Shown here piece by piece: positions 37,348-47,272 of a stretch of DNA of 64,000 nucleotides. How positions within the stretch are numbered: position 1 is the first letter of the stretch; every line of letters starts with the position of its first letter. Under the pieces are notes generated by a model. The model was not told the DNA's origin and ran no database searches. It saw only the letters and a list, made by a program, of their open reading frames with translations. The stretch is from contig CAZMGF010000005.1 of assembly GCA_964565765.1 (NCBI GenBank), forward strand, positions 1,573 through 65,572. Direction: 5' to 3'. This stretch comes from an uncultured Spirochaetia bacterium. Lineage in GTDB: Bacteria; Oederibacteriota; PGYV01; Palsa-1178. The translations under genes were made by a program, and so were the position numbers.

Positions 37348-38870
37348 TTTATCTTCAGTTTAATAAAAACAGCGGCTGACAATATAACAATCAAAAAATA
37401 CGGGAACCAGTCGCCGTGCGCCGAGTAAAATGTCAGAGGCGGCTTATCTCTTACGGGAATATCGTATGTAAACATTTCTTTTGTAAAAAGCCCGGTATGA
37501 TATATTATTTTTCCCGACGGGGCCACAACTCCCGAGATGCCCGATTCAACGCACCTTACCATATAGAGGCCGCTCTCGGCGCTGCGCAGCGCCGCGTTTG
37601 TGAATATCTGGGCCGACGCGGCCGTATGGCCGTACCACGATTCGTAAGAAAGATGCGCGAGGAACTGCGCCCCTTTCCGGGCGTCCGCCAGGGCGATTTC
37701 CGGGAAAAAACTGTCATAACATATAAGCGTCCCCGCGCGTATTCCATTGAACTCCAGGGGTTCAATTTTTCTGCCGGATTTAAAACCTTCATAACCGTAA
37801 CGCTGGACCACTTTTTTTATGAAAGGAATTTCTTCCTGAAAGGGTATGTATTCCCCGAAGGGTACAAGATGGTGCTTGGCGTAATACCCGGTTATTGCGC
37901 CCGCCGGAGATACCATATAGGCGCCGTTATAATATGACGCCGTTTTATCTTCGGAAATTTCCGTGTCGGATCCCACAAGGCTGAAAGCTGTTTTGTTCCA
38001 GGAGCCAATTTCCACGGCGCCCCGCGGTTCAAGATTAAGAATGCCGGGATAAGCGGTTTCGGGCCATATTATCAGCCCGGGATTTAAAGCCGCGGCCTTT
38101 TCATAAAGTTCTTTTGAAGCAGCCATTGTTTTTAACCTGTATTCCCCGGTCCAGTTTACATTCTGGTCGATATTGCGCTGAATAACGGCAATTTTCAGTT
38201 TTTTGTCTCCCTGGCTTAAATTTCCGGCCGGTAATAATGATATAAACACAAGCGCCGCGCACATGGCCAACAAGAGCGTATTTTCCCATTTTTTAACCTT
38301 CTTTATTTCTCCGGAAACTGCCGCCGCAATAAGGACATTCACCGAATATATGAGATAATTTGCGCCCGGCGCTCCGGTTACGCGCAGCAGCCTCATAAGG
38401 GCCGTAAAATTATTCTGGCTCTGCGCAGGCGTGAGCACCGGCCACCCCGAAATGAACCATTCCCTGGCAAATTCAAATATAGTAAGAATGGCCGGGAGAG
38501 AAAACAGCGCTGATATCCCGGTTTTTTTCTCAAGTATGGCGGATAAATAAAACGAAAGGGCTATAAGCGCCGCAAAATAGGCGCACACAGCCGCGCAGGC
38601 CGGATACGCTGATGGCCCCATCGGACCCACAAGGCACATCCAGTAAAGCGAGCCCGCGTAAAATACAAAAGCCGATATGAACGGGTATAAAAACCCGCCT
38701 TTTGAATTTTTTATACGTATCCAGAGGCCCATTAGCGGCGCAAAAGCGGCCCAGATAAGGAACGAAGTGTGGTAATTAACCCCCGGTTCCAGAAAATTAG
38801 GAAAAGAAAATATAAGCAATAAAGATGTTAAAAATGCGGCGCCGATTTTTTTCATGCTTTCTCTGTTCAT
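37344..38870 (-). CDS. lnt: apolipoprotein N-acyltransferase
   Basis: 508 aa; multi-TM N-terminus followed by a CN-hydrolase domain with ICYDSFFPE (catalytic Cys). Confidence 0.85.
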   Translation of the reverse strand: MNRESMKKIGAAFLTSLLLIFSFPNFLEPGVNYHTSFLIWAAFAPLMGLWIRIKNSKGGFLYPFISAFVFYAGSLYWMCLVGPMGPSAYPACAAVCAYFAALIALSFYLSAILEKKTGISALFSLPAILTIFEFAREWFISGWPVLTPAQSQNNFTALMRLLRVTGAPGANYLIYSVNVLIAAAVSGEIKKVKKWENTLLLAMCAALVFISLLPAGNLSQGDKKLKIAVIQRNIDQNVNWTGEYRLKTMAASKELYEKAAALNPGLIIWPETAYPGILNLEPRGAVEIGSWNKTAFSLVGSDTEISEDKTASYYNGAYMVSPAGAITGYYAKHHLVPFGEYIPFQEEIPFIKKVVQRYGYEGFKSGRKIEPLEFNGIRAGTLICYDSFFPEIALADARKGAQFLAHLSYESWYGHTAASAQIFTNAALRSAESGLYMVRCVESGISGVVAPSGKIIYHTGLFTKEMFTYDIPVRDKPPLTFYSAHGDWFPYFLIVILSAAVFIKLKIK

Positions 38871-38943
38871 TTAATATCCTTCACATTAATGGCTTGGCGT
38901 TAAGTCTTCATCGTTTAAATATAACACACCTGCCGGCTTTGTA

Positions 38944-38977
38944 AATAAAAAAGGCCGGGCAAAAAAGCCCGGCCTTT
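38944..38977 (-). terminator. rho-independent terminator downstream of flgK
   Basis: GGCCGGGC-aaaaaa-GCCCGGCC with a U-run on the minus strand. Confidence 0.8.
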
Positions 38978-38999
38978 ATGAAAATATACAATACTGAAT

Positions 39000-41123
39000 T
39001 TATACTGATGATGTGGTTGAATTTGACGGCGTTCCGGTGTTGTTTATCAGGGTGTTTAGCATCGCGTCGATTGTATTCTCAAGCCTGACAGACGCGTCGT
39101 AATTCATCTGGTATGTTGCCGCCAGCGCGTTCTGGTTGTCAACATTGACCTGTGTAACCTGCTGTTGCATTGTCTGGAGCTGGGTAAGTGATGCCTGATA
39201 CTGTGAAAGCATGTTTGAAGCTGTTGTGTTATCCCCGGAAAGTTTGTCCATTGTTGACTGATAAATATCATTAAAAGTCACATTCCCGACAAGATTAAGC
39301 GCCTGCGTGAGATTTCCCTGCTTATCGCTTATCTGAAAAGATGTAACGACATTCGTGCTTACGATGCCGTTTTCAAAATCCGCCAGTTCAATCTTTGAAT
39401 TATCCGAGAATACCGCCTGCGCCCCTGTTTTATATCCAGTGCCAAGAAAAGCCAGGCCTATGACAGTTGACGCGGTAAGGGATGTTGGTGCTCCGTTGGT
39501 CCAGGTGGTGTCTGTTTCCACTCCGTTCGTAATAACCGAAGATAACCCGGCGGTGGACGGTATTGTGTCAAAATAATACTGGTCGGCGCTCATCTGATCA
39601 TTCATAAAAGTAACCGGAGCCAGTGTATTCGGGTAAGTTACCTCAGCCGCCGACCACTGCGCTTCCTTAAGCCCCCATTTTGAAAGCATTGCCCCGGAAT
39701 CGGTTATTGTGAGCCCCTGGGTGCTGTATAACCATAGCTGTTTCGTATTATTGTTAAATACAGCCGATATTGCGTTGCCGCCGGCAGCGTTAATTGCGTT
39801 TACGAGCCACGCCACCGTATTTGCGGTTGTGTAACTTATATTTATTCCATTAATTGTGATTGTGCCTGAAGTGGGCAGAGTCTGATTGTTTGTCAGGCCT
39901 ATGCCGTTGGTGGTATAGGTAAAAGTTGAAACAAGCTTATTGCCGAGGTTGCCTATAATTGTCGCAATATCATTGTTTACGTTATTTGGAGCGGCAAAAC
40001 CCGATGAATAGGCAATGTTACTTGCCACCAGTTTTGACGGATCAATTCCCATGTTCATCGCGTCCGTTCCCGTGAAAAACTGGGTTGCCGCGCCGGCGTT
40101 TCCGGCTGATTCAATCTGATTTACAACCGTTATCAGGCTGTTTGCCGTCTCATCCAGTTTGTTAAGATAATACGGGACCACAGTGTCCCTTGAATTAAGT
40201 ATACCGGCAATCTCTCCGCCTGTTATGGCGCTTGTAGGAACCAGAATCCCCCTTGATCCGGCCCCTCCTGTCTGAATGCCCAGCAGAGGCTGGCTCGGGT
40301 CCTGAATGTTTACCAGTAATTTTGGCGGGTTCGGCTCGGTAACAGGAACAACGGTAGTCAGCAGATTACAGCTCGTGGCTCCGCTTACCAGCGGTGTTCC
40401 GCCTAAAATCAGGGTTACTGTGCCGTCCGCGCTGGTCTGCGTGGTAAAATTAACGAGCTCGGAAAGGCTGGTCATAGCCGCATTGCGCTGGTCAAGAAGG
40501 TCGTTCGGGGTCTGCCCCATTCCGTATTCCTGTTTTATTTCCTGATTAAGGGAATAAATATTGCTTATATAACCGTTGGCCTTGTTGATATCATCAGTCA
40601 GATCGGTCGTTAAGTCAGACCTCATGTCATTTAAGCTGGTTGCTTTCGCGTTAAATGACTGAACCATTGTTGATGCGTCCGCGTAAATTGTGTTCTGCGC
40701 GCTTAATATACCCGCAGCGGACCCTGAAGCCGCCTGCGTGGCGAGGTTCTGCCAGTCTGTAAAAAACTGGTTCATCTGGGCCTGCAGTCCGCTTGTCACT
40801 CCGTCTATCTCGGGAAATATCGCCGCGAGATTCTGGTATGTCCTGTTAAGAATGGATTCGTTTCCGACGTTTCCTTCCATTTCCATAATCTGACTGTCAA
40901 GGTATGTATCCCTGATCCTTTCTATGCCTGCCAGAGTTGACCCGGTTCCTATCTGCCCGCCCGGCGTCAGATTAAGCGGCGTGGATGCCGTTATATCGGC
41001 TAGCTGCTGGGAATAATTAGGATCCGACGCGTTGGCGATATTATGCGCCGTAGTATCGATCGCGTATGAATATACCTGCATGGCTTTCATTGCCGTATTA
41101 AGCCCCATCATTAAATTCAACAT
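39000..41123 (-). CDS. flgK: flagellar hook-associated protein 1
   Basis: 707 aa; N-terminus MGLNTAMKAMQ...IANASDPNYSQQ, a long variable middle, and a C-terminal heptad region. Confidence 0.8.
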   Translation of the reverse strand: MLNLMMGLNTAMKAMQVYSYAIDTTAHNIANASDPNYSQQLADITASTPLNLTPGGQIGTGSTLAGIERIRDTYLDSQIMEMEGNVGNESILNRTYQNLAAIFPEIDGVTSGLQAQMNQFFTDWQNLATQAASGSAAGILSAQNTIYADASTMVQSFNAKATSLNDMRSDLTTDLTDDINKANGYISNIYSLNQEIKQEYGMGQTPNDLLDQRNAAMTSLSELVNFTTQTSADGTVTLILGGTPLVSGATSCNLLTTVVPVTEPNPPKLLVNIQDPSQPLLGIQTGGAGSRGILVPTSAITGGEIAGILNSRDTVVPYYLNKLDETANSLITVVNQIESAGNAGAATQFFTGTDAMNMGIDPSKLVASNIAYSSGFAAPNNVNNDIATIIGNLGNKLVSTFTYTTNGIGLTNNQTLPTSGTITINGINISYTTANTVAWLVNAINAAGGNAISAVFNNNTKQLWLYSTQGLTITDSGAMLSKWGLKEAQWSAAEVTYPNTLAPVTFMNDQMSADQYYFDTIPSTAGLSSVITNGVETDTTWTNGAPTSLTASTVIGLAFLGTGYKTGAQAVFSDNSKIELADFENGIVSTNVVTSFQISDKQGNLTQALNLVGNVTFNDIYQSTMDKLSGDNTTASNMLSQYQASLTQLQTMQQQVTQVNVDNQNALAATYQMNYDASVRLENTIDAMLNTLINNTGTPSNSTTSSV

Positions 41124-41146
41124 TTTATATTTCCCCTTTCAAGCTT

Positions 41147-41656
41147 TTATATTTTTAGATCCAGCTTCGCGCCGTCTTTGCCGCCGAATCCCTTTTCACC
41201 GCCGGCGGAATATGTTATCTGTTTCGGAGAAGTAATGCTTTCCATTAATCTTTTCGAAAATCCCGCAAAATTCAGAAAATTTTTTATCATCCTTATGTTT
41301 CCCGCGTTTGTTCCGCTTATCTTTTCCAGAAGCCTTACCAGCGCTTCTACCGCCGCCTCAATTTCCAGGGAATCCTTTCCCTGCTCCGCCAGCAAAACAT
41401 CCGAGAGCCTTGCTTTTGACGGGTTCCTGATTTTCAGGCTTTCCGCCATCCGTTCAAGGCACAGGGCCTTTAATTTTTCCCCGCCGGCAATCCCGTCTAT
41501 CAGCGCCGTCTTTGACTTTATAACATCCTCAAGGCCGTCACTGGAATTTTTTATCAGTATCTTTTTTTCTTCTTCCATTGCGGCCTTTAACTGTTCAAAG
41601 AGCGCGCACTGCTTTTTCACGGCGGTAATATAATTTTCTTTTGCTGCTATGTCCAT
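41147..41656 (-). CDS. flgN: FlgN-family flagellar export chaperone (putative)
   Basis: 169 aa helical protein placed between flgM and flgK, as in the yvyF-flgM-flgN-flgK arrangement. Confidence 0.5.
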   Translation of the reverse strand: MDIAAKENYITAVKKQCALFEQLKAAMEEEKKILIKNSSDGLEDVIKSKTALIDGIAGGEKLKALCLERMAESLKIRNPSKARLSDVLLAEQGKDSLEIEAAVEALVRLLEKISGTNAGNIRMIKNFLNFAGFSKRLMESITSPKQITYSAGGEKGFGGKDGAKLDLKI

Positions 41657-41668
41657 TAATTACCCCGT

Positions 41669-41980
41669 TTATTTGGTTTCGTCCTGAAAAAGCATTTTCT
41701 GTGACAAAAGCTGCGGAGGTATGTTGCCGGTTTTTTCGACCTTTTCAGCCTGCGCTTTCTGTACAAGCTCCTGCCTTACCTCGGGCAGTTCATTTAATAC
41801 TTTTACCGCTTTGTTGACCGCTTTTGCCTGCCTGGATATCTCTATCCTGTCCGCTGGAATTGCCGCTGCCGCCGCCGTCTTTGGCTCCGGTTTCGTGCTG
41901 ATATTTTTTGCCGGAACAATTTCAGCTATAGTCTGCGGAACGTGCGGTTTGATGTTGTTCGTGTTGTTGATTGCCGCCAT
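41669..41980 (-). CDS. flgM: anti-sigma-28 factor FlgM (putative)
   Basis: 103 aa with a C-terminal helical FlgM-like region (…VRQELVQKAQ…LLSQKML). Call is supported by synteny. Confidence 0.5.
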   Translation of the reverse strand: MAAINNTNNIKPHVPQTIAEIVPAKNISTKPEPKTAAAAAIPADRIEISRQAKAVNKAVKVLNELPEVRQELVQKAQAEKVEKTGNIPPQLLSQKMLFQDETK

Positions 41981-42020
41981 TTTAATTGCCTCCTTTCGTT
42001 ATTATTTGTCCTTACATAAC

Positions 42021-42049
42021 ATATATCGTATATAAAGGTTAAAACTTTA
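42021..42049 (-). promoter_or_regulatory. sigma-28 (FliA)-type promoter upstream of flgM
   Basis: Minus strand reads TAAAGTTT-N12-ACGATATA, against the consensus TAAAGTTT-N11-GCCGATAA. Confidence 0.5.
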
Positions 42050-42087
42050 GCGGTTTTTTGAAAAATTCAGGCTTCCCCGGAATGGCT

Positions 42088-42354
42088 TTATTTATAAGGC
42101 TTTTTCTGTCTGGATGGCTTTGATTCCTCGGCCCTTATCGTAAGGCTCCCGCTGTTTATCAGTTTGAAAATCATCTGTTTGGCCACTCCGGTATGCTCAT
42201 TAACATCAAGTACCGTGGCAAGCGGATTATGCAGGAGATATTCGGTAACTTTTTTCAGCTCCCTGTTCTCTTCAAGGGCGCATTCCTGGCACGTTGTCTG
42301 CCCTTTTAATGAATTAAAAATGTTCCCGCACCGCGCGCAGTTGACAAGCGACAT
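42088..42354 (-). CDS. flagellar operon protein, YvyF/TIGR03826-like zinc-ribbon protein
   Basis: 88 aa beginning MSLVNCARCGNIF...TCQEC, immediately upstream of flgM as in Bacillus. Confidence 0.6.
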   Translation of the reverse strand: MSLVNCARCGNIFNSLKGQTTCQECALEENRELKKVTEYLLHNPLATVLDVNEHTGVAKQMIFKLINSGSLTIRAEESKPSRQKKPYK

Positions 42355-42401
42355 TTTATCTCCACTAATTTTTTTATGGTAAGAATTTAAAAGAGGAATA
42401 A

Positions 42402-42839
42402 CTATATTATGATATCTGTTTTCTTTAGTTTCATGGGCTGCTGGGGCGCATTAAGCGGCTGGAGCTTAACGGGCTCCTTTGTTGCGTAAATGGAGGAGAG
42501 CTGTTTGTAAACCATGGCGGCAATGCCTATTCCGCCGGCTTTTGAAAGGTTCTTTGAAACTTCATCATCGTGCATGTCATAAAAAATGTCCTTGGCGGAA
42601 CTATTGCCGGTTAACTGGTCGTCCGGAACGGTTTTGCGCATCTGTTTTAACATATAGCCGAGAAATATGGATTCAAATTCCTGCGATACTTTTTTTATCT
42701 GCGCAAGGTAGGCAGCGTCCTTTACCCCGCCGCTTTTTTCCGACTTCATCGCCTGGGCCTGCATTTCCTGCAATTTGTTGGTCATGCCAAGCATATCCGT
42801 CCTGGCAATGGCTTCTGTTCCGCCTGTAAAATCAGCCAT
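42402..42839 (-). CDS. flgJ: flagellar rod-binding protein (FlgJ N-terminal domain only, no muramidase domain)
   Basis: 145 aa; FESIFLGYMLKQMRK matches the rod-binding domain motif. Confidence 0.7.
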   Translation of the reverse strand: MADFTGGTEAIARTDMLGMTNKLQEMQAQAMKSEKSGGVKDAAYLAQIKKVSQEFESIFLGYMLKQMRKTVPDDQLTGNSSAKDIFYDMHDDEVSKNLSKAGGIGIAAMVYKQLSSIYATKEPVKLQPLNAPQQPMKLKKTDIII

Positions 42840-42848
42840 TTATTATCC

Positions 42849-43970
42849 TCACATTATCTCAAGGTCGGCATGAATCGCGTTGGCCGCCTTTAAAGCCTGT
42901 ATTATGCTTATGATATCCTTGGGGGACGCTCCCAGTACATTCAACGCGTTCACAAGATCCTGAACATTTGCCCCTTCAGGCATTGTAACGAGCTGGTTCC
43001 CTCCGCCTTCCACTTTGATGCTTGAATCCTCATACTCCATGGCTGACGCGCCAGGAACAAAGGGATTTGGCTGGGAGAGCTGTTTGGAAACAGCGATGTT
43101 GACATTGTAATTGCCGTGCGCGACCGCCACATTGTCAATTGTCACATCGCCTCCCATAACAACCGTACCCGTCCTTTCGTTGACAACTATCTTGTTTGAT
43201 TTTTCCTCTATTTCAACATAAAGCCCCTCGACCGCGGCCGCGAATGATACCACATCGTTCTGAAAATCGAAGGGAACATGTATCTTGACAGTTGCAGCAT
43301 CGTCCGCCGCGGCTATTTTCCCCCAGAACTGGGAATTTATGGCATACATTACCCTGTCTGCCGAAGTAAAATCAGGGATATCAAGTATGAGGAACATATT
43401 ATTTCTGTCGTCCATAATTGTGACTGGCACTTCCTTCTCAACAAGGCCTCCGTTAGGAACCCTTCCGGTGGTCGCCCTTTTATTCATAGCCACAATGGAA
43501 CTCATAGCGGAGCCGCTGTCGCCTGTGGAAACCGGACCCTGCGCCACGGCATAAACATTATCATCAAGGCCCTTCATTGTAGTCTGCAGCAGCACGCCGC
43601 CGTCAAGGCTCTGAGCGTCGCCCATTGAAGATACAACAACATCAAGCTTGGACCCTTTTTTGGCGAAAGCCTCGAGATTTGCGGTAACCATGACAGCCGC
43701 AACGTTCCTTGTTGTCATCTGTGACGCCGCGTCGGCAACACCGTATCTCTTAAGCATGTTCACAATTGCCTGGCTTGTAAAAACCGATGTGGTCCTGTCC
43801 CCGGTCCCTTTTAAACCCACAACAAGGCCGAAGCCGGTAATCTGGTTGTCGCGTACGCCCTTAAACCTGGCGACATTCCTTATCATTTTCTCGGCGCCAA
43901 AAACCCCCGCCGCGCATATTAACAGCGCAAGCGCCGCCGCGATCATTATCCTTAATTTCTTTTTTATCAT
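42849..43970 (-). CDS. flgI: flagellar P-ring protein
   Basis: FlgI signature (ITGFGLVVGLKGTGD). The ORF start was trimmed to MIKKK because the upstream extension overlaps flgH. Confidence 0.9.
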   Translation of the reverse strand: MIKKKLRIMIAAALALLICAAGVFGAEKMIRNVARFKGVRDNQITGFGLVVGLKGTGDRTTSVFTSQAIVNMLKRYGVADAASQMTTRNVAAVMVTANLEAFAKKGSKLDVVVSSMGDAQSLDGGVLLQTTMKGLDDNVYAVAQGPVSTGDSGSAMSSIVAMNKRATTGRVPNGGLVEKEVPVTIMDDRNNMFLILDIPDFTSADRVMYAINSQFWGKIAAADDAATVKIHVPFDFQNDVVSFAAAVEGLYVEIEEKSNKIVVNERTGTVVMGGDVTIDNVAVAHGNYNVNIAVSKQLSQPNPFVPGASAMEYEDSSIKVEGGGNQLVTMPEGANVQDLVNALNVLGASPKDIISIIQALKAANAIHADLEIM

Positions 43971-43986
43971 CTTTGACCCCACCTTT

Positions 43987-44604
43987 TTAGAATATTCCAA
44001 GCCAGTCAAGAATCCTTGTAAAAATTCCCGGAGAAACTTTTTCGCCGATGGGCCCGGTACCCTCATACTGTATTATAGCGTCAGCCACATTAGTGGATGG
44101 TATGGTATTATCGGCCGCTATATCCTCCGGCCTGATAACACCGGAAATAATAAGATTTTCATTTTCGTCATTGATCTTGACCACTTTTGTCCCTTTTATC
44201 ATCAAATTGCCGTTTGAGAGGACCTTTTCAACCCTTGCGGAAAGCTTTGCCGAAAGGCTGCCGGAACGTTCAGATTGCCCGTTTCCGCTCTGGTTTTCCT
44301 GCCCGCCCGCGCCCCAAGAAGGGACCGTCATTGATGTTCCGTTGCCCCATGAAGTGCTGGTTCCCATGCCGCCCTGAAGCGACTGCTGCTTCTGCGTCGT
44401 GAGCGAAGCGCTCTGCGAACCAGTTGTGGATTCTACTATTATAATGGTAACAATATCCCCGACTTTAACCGCCTTGTGATCGGTATAAATGGAGCCTATA
44501 TCCTCCTCGTTCTTTACAACTTCATCAGCCAGCAGGAAACCGGCGTATAAAAGAACAAGGAATACCGCGGTAAAAGCCGCAACAAACCTTTTTTTTGCCT
44601 TCAT
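43987..44604 (-). CDS. flgH: flagellar L-ring protein
   Basis: 205 aa with FlgH-like C-terminal half (LMIKGTKVVKINDENENLIISGVIRPEDI). Confidence 0.85.
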   Translation of the reverse strand: MKAKKRFVAAFTAVFLVLLYAGFLLADEVVKNEEDIGSIYTDHKAVKVGDIVTIIIVESTTGSQSASLTTQKQQSLQGGMGTSTSWGNGTSMTVPSWGAGGQENQSGNGQSERSGSLSAKLSARVEKVLSNGNLMIKGTKVVKINDENENLIISGVIRPEDIAADNTIPSTNVADAIIQYEGTGPIGEKVSPGIFTRILDWLGIF

Positions 44605-44627
44605 TTTGTTCTCCTTAAATATGTCGT

Positions 44628-45578
44628 TTATTTTTCTATCACAACTTTTCCGGAATCATCGACCTTTCCGGAAACGGTTTTTCCGCTGTTAAGCCTTACC
44701 TTTACCGTATCGCCTTCCCTGCCGTCGCCCAGAGCCGTACCCTCCGACTGGACATTTACCGCCTTTATTTTTACTATAACGTCAACGGTGGCGCCTCTTT
44801 TAAAGGCCGGTGCGCTGTCAAACATATCCGACGTAAGCATTGCGCCTTTCATTATGGCCCTTGAAGTAACCCTTTTAAAAAGAACTGACGGATCCGTTAT
44901 TACCGTATCCGGCAGATATGTTATGTCCTTAACTTCCATTGTTATCCCCTCCGGATAAACCGGGGATTGCCTCTGAAAATCCACCGCCGCCACTGCGCAC
45001 GGCGCCATTACCCGTATGACCGCCGATACCGGTTCGGTCTTGTAAAGAACATTGTCAACATATATTTCAACCGCAACAGAAATAATTCCTTTATATGATA
45101 GCTGCTGGCCCTGCTTAACCCGGATATCAACCTGTCCGGCGGGCACTGAAACAGTTCCCTTAGCATGCCTGATTTTTATATCAAACGTCCCTGCCTGCCA
45201 TGGAATGTTCGAATTAAGGAAATCCATGGCCGTCTTTTCAATATCCTCCCGGGCAACGGAAGTTTTTGATGTATAAACCGACACAATTTCAGCGCCTTCA
45301 ACCGGCATATATTTAAAATATTTATGCACCCTGGCTTCGATAAATTCTTTTTGAATGGAAGTTTTAAAGCCCGGCACCGCCGACTTTCTTATATATATTT
45401 CCTTTAACTTTTCAACATCCTGGCCGGTGGCGCCCCTGAAATCCGCTATGTCCCCGAGGTATATTTTGTCGCTGGAAACATAAATATCGCCCTGCTTAAT
45501 TACCACGGCGGCTGTGTCGGCCGCCCTCAGGCAAAACGCGGCCATTACATTTAAAAGAACAAATATTTTAAATTTCAT
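44628..45578 (-). CDS. flgA: flagellar basal-body P-ring formation chaperone FlgA
   Basis: 316 aa with a signal peptide and a C-terminal SAF-domain pattern (VKRGATVDVIVK...GDTVKVRLNSGKTVSGKV). Confidence 0.7.
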   Translation of the reverse strand: MKFKIFVLLNVMAAFCLRAADTAAVVIKQGDIYVSSDKIYLGDIADFRGATGQDVEKLKEIYIRKSAVPGFKTSIQKEFIEARVHKYFKYMPVEGAEIVSVYTSKTSVAREDIEKTAMDFLNSNIPWQAGTFDIKIRHAKGTVSVPAGQVDIRVKQGQQLSYKGIISVAVEIYVDNVLYKTEPVSAVIRVMAPCAVAAVDFQRQSPVYPEGITMEVKDITYLPDTVITDPSVLFKRVTSRAIMKGAMLTSDMFDSAPAFKRGATVDVIVKIKAVNVQSEGTALGDGREGDTVKVRLNSGKTVSGKVDDSGKVVIEK

Positions 45579-45595
45579 TTATTCTGGTTTGTTGT

Positions 45596-46387
45596 TTATG
45601 ACGACTTTAAATTATTGGCGTCCTGAAGCATCTGGTCGGAAGTCGTAATCGCCTTCGCGTTCATTTCATAAGCGCGCTGCGAAGTTATCATGTTTACCAT
45701 TTCCTCAACTACCTGGACGTTCGAGGATTCCAGCTGCCCCTGCGCGAGCGTGCCGTAATTTCCCACTCCCGGAACTCCATCCACGGCCTCGCCGGATGCT
45801 TCGGTCGCCTGGAAAAGGTTTCCGCCCAGGGATTGGAGCCCCGCCGGATTTACAAAATTCGACAGTTTAATTGTCCCTATCACCTGTGAAGTTGTGTTGG
45901 CCGGAGTTGTTATTACAACGTCGCCGTTCTCCCTTATCACAACACTGGAAGCGTCGGATGGAATAGTAACCGGCGGTTGAAGCGCGTAGCCGCTTGAAGT
46001 CAGGATGTTGCCCTGGGCGTCAAGTTTGAACGACCCGTCCCTTGAGTAATTTACATCCCCGTTCGGATTCTGTATGGCAAAAAATCCTTCGCCCTGAATG
46101 GCCACATCAAGAGTGTTGTTGGTTGTGACAAGCGCTCCCTGAATGAAAGATTTCTGGGTTGAAGAAAGCATGGTTCCATGCCCTATTTCTATAGGGGTCG
46201 GGAACTGCGTGCCCATGCTGTTGGTCATGCCCGCCGGGCGTATCGTCTGGTATAAAAGATCCTGGAACTCAACCCTGTTCTTCTTAAAACCAGTGGTGCT
46301 GACGTTTGCCAGGTTGTTTGAGATTGTGTCAATACTCTGCTGCTGGGCAGCCATTCCTGTTGCCGCCGTCCAAAGTGACCTTAACAT
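45596..46387 (-). CDS. flgG: flagellar basal-body rod protein FlgG
   Basis: 263 aa with MLRSLWTAATGM...NNLANVSTTGFK and a conserved C-terminal rod motif. Confidence 0.9.
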   Translation of the reverse strand: MLRSLWTAATGMAAQQQSIDTISNNLANVSTTGFKKNRVEFQDLLYQTIRPAGMTNSMGTQFPTPIEIGHGTMLSSTQKSFIQGALVTTNNTLDVAIQGEGFFAIQNPNGDVNYSRDGSFKLDAQGNILTSSGYALQPPVTIPSDASSVVIRENGDVVITTPANTTSQVIGTIKLSNFVNPAGLQSLGGNLFQATEASGEAVDGVPGVGNYGTLAQGQLESSNVQVVEEMVNMITSQRAYEMNAKAITTSDQMLQDANNLKSS

Positions 46388-46426
46388 TTTTAAGCCTCCT
46401 TAAAATTTCTTTATTTAGCCGCCGTA

Positions 46427-47248
46427 TCAGATGGTCAGATTTGTAGTTACAGAACCTATGCTGTTGGCCGCTTTGTCAAGCGTTGAATCCTGGGCCGTTA
46501 TCGCTTTTGAAGCGGATTCATAAGCGCGGTACGATGTTATCATTTCCACCATTTCTTTCACCACATTTACGTTCGACGCCTCGAGATATCCCTGTTTGAT
46601 CTGCACGTTTTCCACCCTGTCGTCCTCGGGAAGCGGCGCTCCGTCAAGCTTGTAAAAAAGGGAATCGCCCTGCTTGCGCAGATTGTCATCTTTTGTAAAG
46701 AGCCCTATGCGCAGCGTGTCGATTTCCTGGCTCGTCTTGTCGCTGTTATCAAAGACCCTTCCGCTTTCGTCTATGTGCACATTTGTGGAGTTAAGCATTA
46801 TACGCCCCGCCTGCCCGAGTACCGGATAACCGGTCTGATTTACAAGCTGCCCGTCGGCGTCAACCGAAAAATTTCCGTTCCTGGTATACCTTATGCCGTT
46901 CGGGGTCATTACCTCGAACATTCCGTTTCCTTTTATCGCAAGGTCCAGGTTGTTGGACGTCTGGACGTACGCGCCTTCGTCAGTGAGTTCCGGAACAACT
47001 CCGTCAACCCTTAGCTGGACGCCCCTTCCCATCTGCCCTATGGGCGAAATATTATCCACCATGCCGCCGGGAACCACGGATTTATCATCATTTATCCTGT
47101 TAAGGAAAACAGTCGGAAAAGGCACATACAGGGCCGTGTCTTTCTTAAATCCGGTTGTATTGACATTAGCCAGGTTATTGGCTATAACATCCTGCTGCTG
47201 CTCCTGGGCAACCAGTGCCGATGCCGCTGTGTAAAGGCCGCTTATCAT
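46427..47248 (-). CDS. flgF: flagellar basal-body rod protein FlgF
   Basis: 273 aa with MISGLYTAASAL...NNLANVNTTGFK; a rod paralog upstream of flgG. Confidence 0.8.
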   Translation of the reverse strand: MISGLYTAASALVAQEQQQDVIANNLANVNTTGFKKDTALYVPFPTVFLNRINDDKSVVPGGMVDNISPIGQMGRGVQLRVDGVVPELTDEGAYVQTSNNLDLAIKGNGMFEVMTPNGIRYTRNGNFSVDADGQLVNQTGYPVLGQAGRIMLNSTNVHIDESGRVFDNSDKTSQEIDTLRIGLFTKDDNLRKQGDSLFYKLDGAPLPEDDRVENVQIKQGYLEASNVNVVKEMVEMITSYRAYESASKAITAQDSTLDKAANSIGSVTTNLTI

Positions 47249-47272
47249 ATTATCTGCTCCTTTTAATAAATT

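Noticed and set aside
37416-37937. Plus-strand 173-aa ORF inside lnt
   Set aside because: Arg-rich antisense ORF within a well-conserved CN-hydrolase gene.
42402-42839. Full-length peptidoglycan hydrolase FlgJ
   Set aside because: Only the rod-binding N-terminal domain is present (145 aa); no glucosaminidase or muramidase region.
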